This document shows positions 62,043-64,000 of a stretch of DNA of 64,000 nucleotides, piece by piece. Under the pieces are notes generated by a model. That model saw only the letters and a program-made list of their open reading frames with translations, made no database searches and was not told the DNA's origin. Position numbers and translations under genes: made by a program. How positions within the stretch are numbered: position 1 is the first letter of the stretch; the number at the start of each line of letters is the position of its first letter. Source of the DNA: an uncultured Clostridia bacterium. GTDB lineage: Bacteria > Bacillota > Clostridia > Christensenellales > UBA1242. The stretch lies in the NCBI GenBank assembly GCA_945919375.1, contig CAMEJD010000002.1:35643-99642 (forward strand), given 5' to 3'.

Positions 62043-63689
62043 TTATTTTTCTTTGTAATAGAGTTTGATTTTGTCGAAATATAAATAAATTCTTGAAGCA
62101 CAAAAAACCAAACTAATAATCATCAATTTTAACCAAGCAACATTAACATTTTCAATAAATAACAAAAGCGAAATTATTGCTGCAAGTGCCGATATGATAA
62201 ATGCAAACACAGTTGATTTTGTTTCATTTGGGTTTGTTTCTTCGTTCCCTGATGTTGCATATTGTTCATTTTGCGGGTTCATTATGTCCATCTCTGCACT
62301 CCAAAACAGATGCCCTGCATATAAGCCATAAATAAATAGAATACACATAATTATTTGCCATATGGAAAGTTTTGCAAATATTCCAAATACTATACTTGTT
62401 GCAACAATTCCAACAAACGAAATTACCAAACTGAATATAAGTTTTGGAAATAACACCTTGGCATAACTTTTTGGCGTGGTTTTAAAATAATAACTTGCCC
62501 TGCCATCTTTTGAATATATTGATGATATGATAACATTTGATGACAAAACGATTAGTGTTATAAGCAAAATGTTAAAACTTAATGTCATATATGTTCCAAG
62601 AAGTTTTGTGTTCATTGCATTGAATATTTTGTTAAGTAACAAAATTGAGATTGGCAAAACAATCAAAATTCCAATATAGTTATACAAAAATTGTGGATTC
62701 CTAAGGGACAACTTTAGGTTTGTAAGCACACCACTTTGCAAGTAGTTATGTTTTTTGTTTTCATATTGTTTTTTTATTATTCTCTTTTTGTATTCAAAAG
62801 GTTTTGATGCCATTTTAAAGAATAGTGGCCTTGCAAGAAAATATCCAATAAAGAACAATAAAATAATACTTGCAAGCAAGACAAGGAAAATAAACAAAGT
62901 ATTTATTGAAAATAACTTGAATGTTAAATTGACCATATGACCACATAACATTTCAACAAGATACGAAAATACAATAAATGAATTATTGAACCAAGCAAGA
63001 AAATCTTGAATTCGCCAATAAATTTTCCCCCAATCTTGAACGATATTTATGTTTGCCGGAATTATTGAGATTAGTTTTACAACACCAAAAATTATTGCAC
63101 CAAAAACCAAAGCAAAAAGCATTAGCCTTACAATCGGCACTTGTTTTAATTTTGATGAGATAAACATAAGTGGAATACTTAATATTGCACCAATAAGCAC
63201 CGGCAACATTGAGATAAAGAAAGAACAAATAATAAGCCAAGGATAAAAAAGTATTGAAAAATGTGCAAAAATTCCATATCCCAAAAACATTGGTATCATA
63301 AAATAGAAATTTTTTATTAACTCATAAATATAAAACACAATAAGTTTTGACACAAAAACTTGATTTGAATTAACTGGCATAGTAAGCAGAACTTGATTAT
63401 CCGGCGAAAAATATAATTTTTGCATCAAATTGTATGTGCAAGATATGCACGAAAGCAAAAACATTATTGTGAATGCAACCACAACAACTGACAATGGGAC
63501 TGTTGAAATAAGTGAAAATAGGTTTAGCATTGCACTGACTTTAAAGAATGTAAAGCATAGTGCAGTGATTGCAACAAAAGCCAAAATAGTAAACACTACT
63601 TTGGTTATTGTTTTCTTTTTGCTTTTTAGGAACGAAAAATCAATTTTGTCCTTTAATTGCATCATTACAAGTGGTTTTAAGTGATTCAT
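62043..63689 (-). CDS. Polytopic membrane protein, probably the permease of the upstream ABC ATPase.
   Basis: 548 aa with about 10-12 hydrophobic helices. It starts 13 nt after the ATPase gene stop. Confidence 0.7.
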   Translation of the reverse strand: MNHLKPLVMMQLKDKIDFSFLKSKKKTITKVVFTILAFVAITALCFTFFKVSAMLNLFSLISTVPLSVVVVAFTIMFLLSCISCTYNLMQKLYFSPDNQVLLTMPVNSNQVFVSKLIVFYIYELIKNFYFMIPMFLGYGIFAHFSILFYPWLIICSFFISMLPVLIGAILSIPLMFISSKLKQVPIVRLMLFALVFGAIIFGVVKLISIIPANINIVQDWGKIYWRIQDFLAWFNNSFIVFSYLVEMLCGHMVNLTFKLFSINTLFIFLVLLASIILLFFIGYFLARPLFFKMASKPFEYKKRIIKKQYENKKHNYLQSGVLTNLKLSLRNPQFLYNYIGILIVLPISILLLNKIFNAMNTKLLGTYMTLSFNILLITLIVLSSNVIISSIYSKDGRASYYFKTTPKSYAKVLFPKLIFSLVISFVGIVATSIVFGIFAKLSIWQIIMCILFIYGLYAGHLFWSAEMDIMNPQNEQYATSGNEETNPNETKSTVFAFIISALAAIISLLLFIENVNVAWLKLMIISLVFCASRIYLYFDKIKLYYKEK

Positions 63690-63702
63690 TTTTTACCTTT
63701 TA

Positions 63703-64000
63703 TTATTTTGTTTGAGTTTTTGGCAAAGCATTCTCTTTTTCGCCGGTTTTTACAACAATTGCGTCATTATCTTCACTATTTATTATGTTAAGATAAAACT
63801 CTTCAAGGTCAATACCCTTTGCTTCCAAATCTTTTACATATGCAGTTGCTCTGATTTGACCTTTTTTGATGATTGTAATTCTATCACAAATTTTTTCAAC
63901 AACATCAATAATATGACTTGAGAAAAATACAATATTACCTTCTTTTGCATGTTGTTTCATACATTCTTTTACTTGATAAATGCTTGTTGGGTCAAGACCT
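63703..64000 (-). CDS. ABC transporter ATP-binding protein, C-terminal part only; the N-terminus lies beyond the window end.
   Basis: The frame is open to the window edge. Reverse translation of 63961-63999 gives GLDPTSIYQVKEC, continuing MKQHAKEGNIVFFSSHIIDVVEKICDRITIIKKGQI (D-loop and H-loop region). Confidence 0.8.
   Translation of the reverse strand, partial: GLDPTSIYQVKECMKQHAKEGNIVFFSSHIIDVVEKICDRITIIKKGQIRATAYVKDLEAKGIDLEEFYLNIINSEDNDAIVVKTGEKENALPKTQTK

Overview
AT-rich segment (roughly 30% G+C by eye, not computed) from a low-GC Gram-positive-type (Bacillota-like) chromosome using the standard genetic code. All calls come from manual translation and motif recognition; no searches were run.

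(1) Positions 1-16512 form one uninterrupted minus-strand reading frame that the supplied ORF track does not list, because its stop lies beyond the window edge. It encodes more than 5,504 aa of a signal-peptide-bearing giant repeat protein, a putative adhesin. A 491-aa anchored surface protein is transcribed divergently from it.

(2) Core genes: rpsL-rpsG, fusA-tuf, ppa, secA, comFC, recD2, gpmI, greA and tRNA-Leu(CAG).

(3) Accessory content:
- two HelD-like helicase paralogs in different operon contexts
- an XRE-controlled operon (PD-(D/E)xK-like protein, small protein, ADP-ribosylglycohydrolase, HTH protein) next to a vWA gene, lying between the rpsL promoter and secA
- a TetR-linked ABC exporter
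- a cell-wall operon containing an unusual fusion of the GlmU acetyltransferase domain to GlmM
- two paralogous HExxHxxGxxD metalloproteases
- a 1,261-aa DUF4011-type SF1 helicase with a C-terminal nuclease-like domain
- a decayed divergent XRE pair

(4) The signal least explained by ordinary features is a family of about 113-134-nt nested-hairpin elements. There are 4 complete and 3 partial copies at three loci: 26684-27029, 58572-58895 and 61511-61623. Their stems differ in sequence but stay complementary, their internal loops are conserved (tandem GA/GA, AGGCTCG, AGTAAAC), and G:T pairs occur only on the plus strand. Each locus ends at or within 6 nt of the stop codon of a minus-strand gene, and one array splits the str operon between rpsG and fusA. 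I could not assign the family to a known RNA or mobile-element class from memory.
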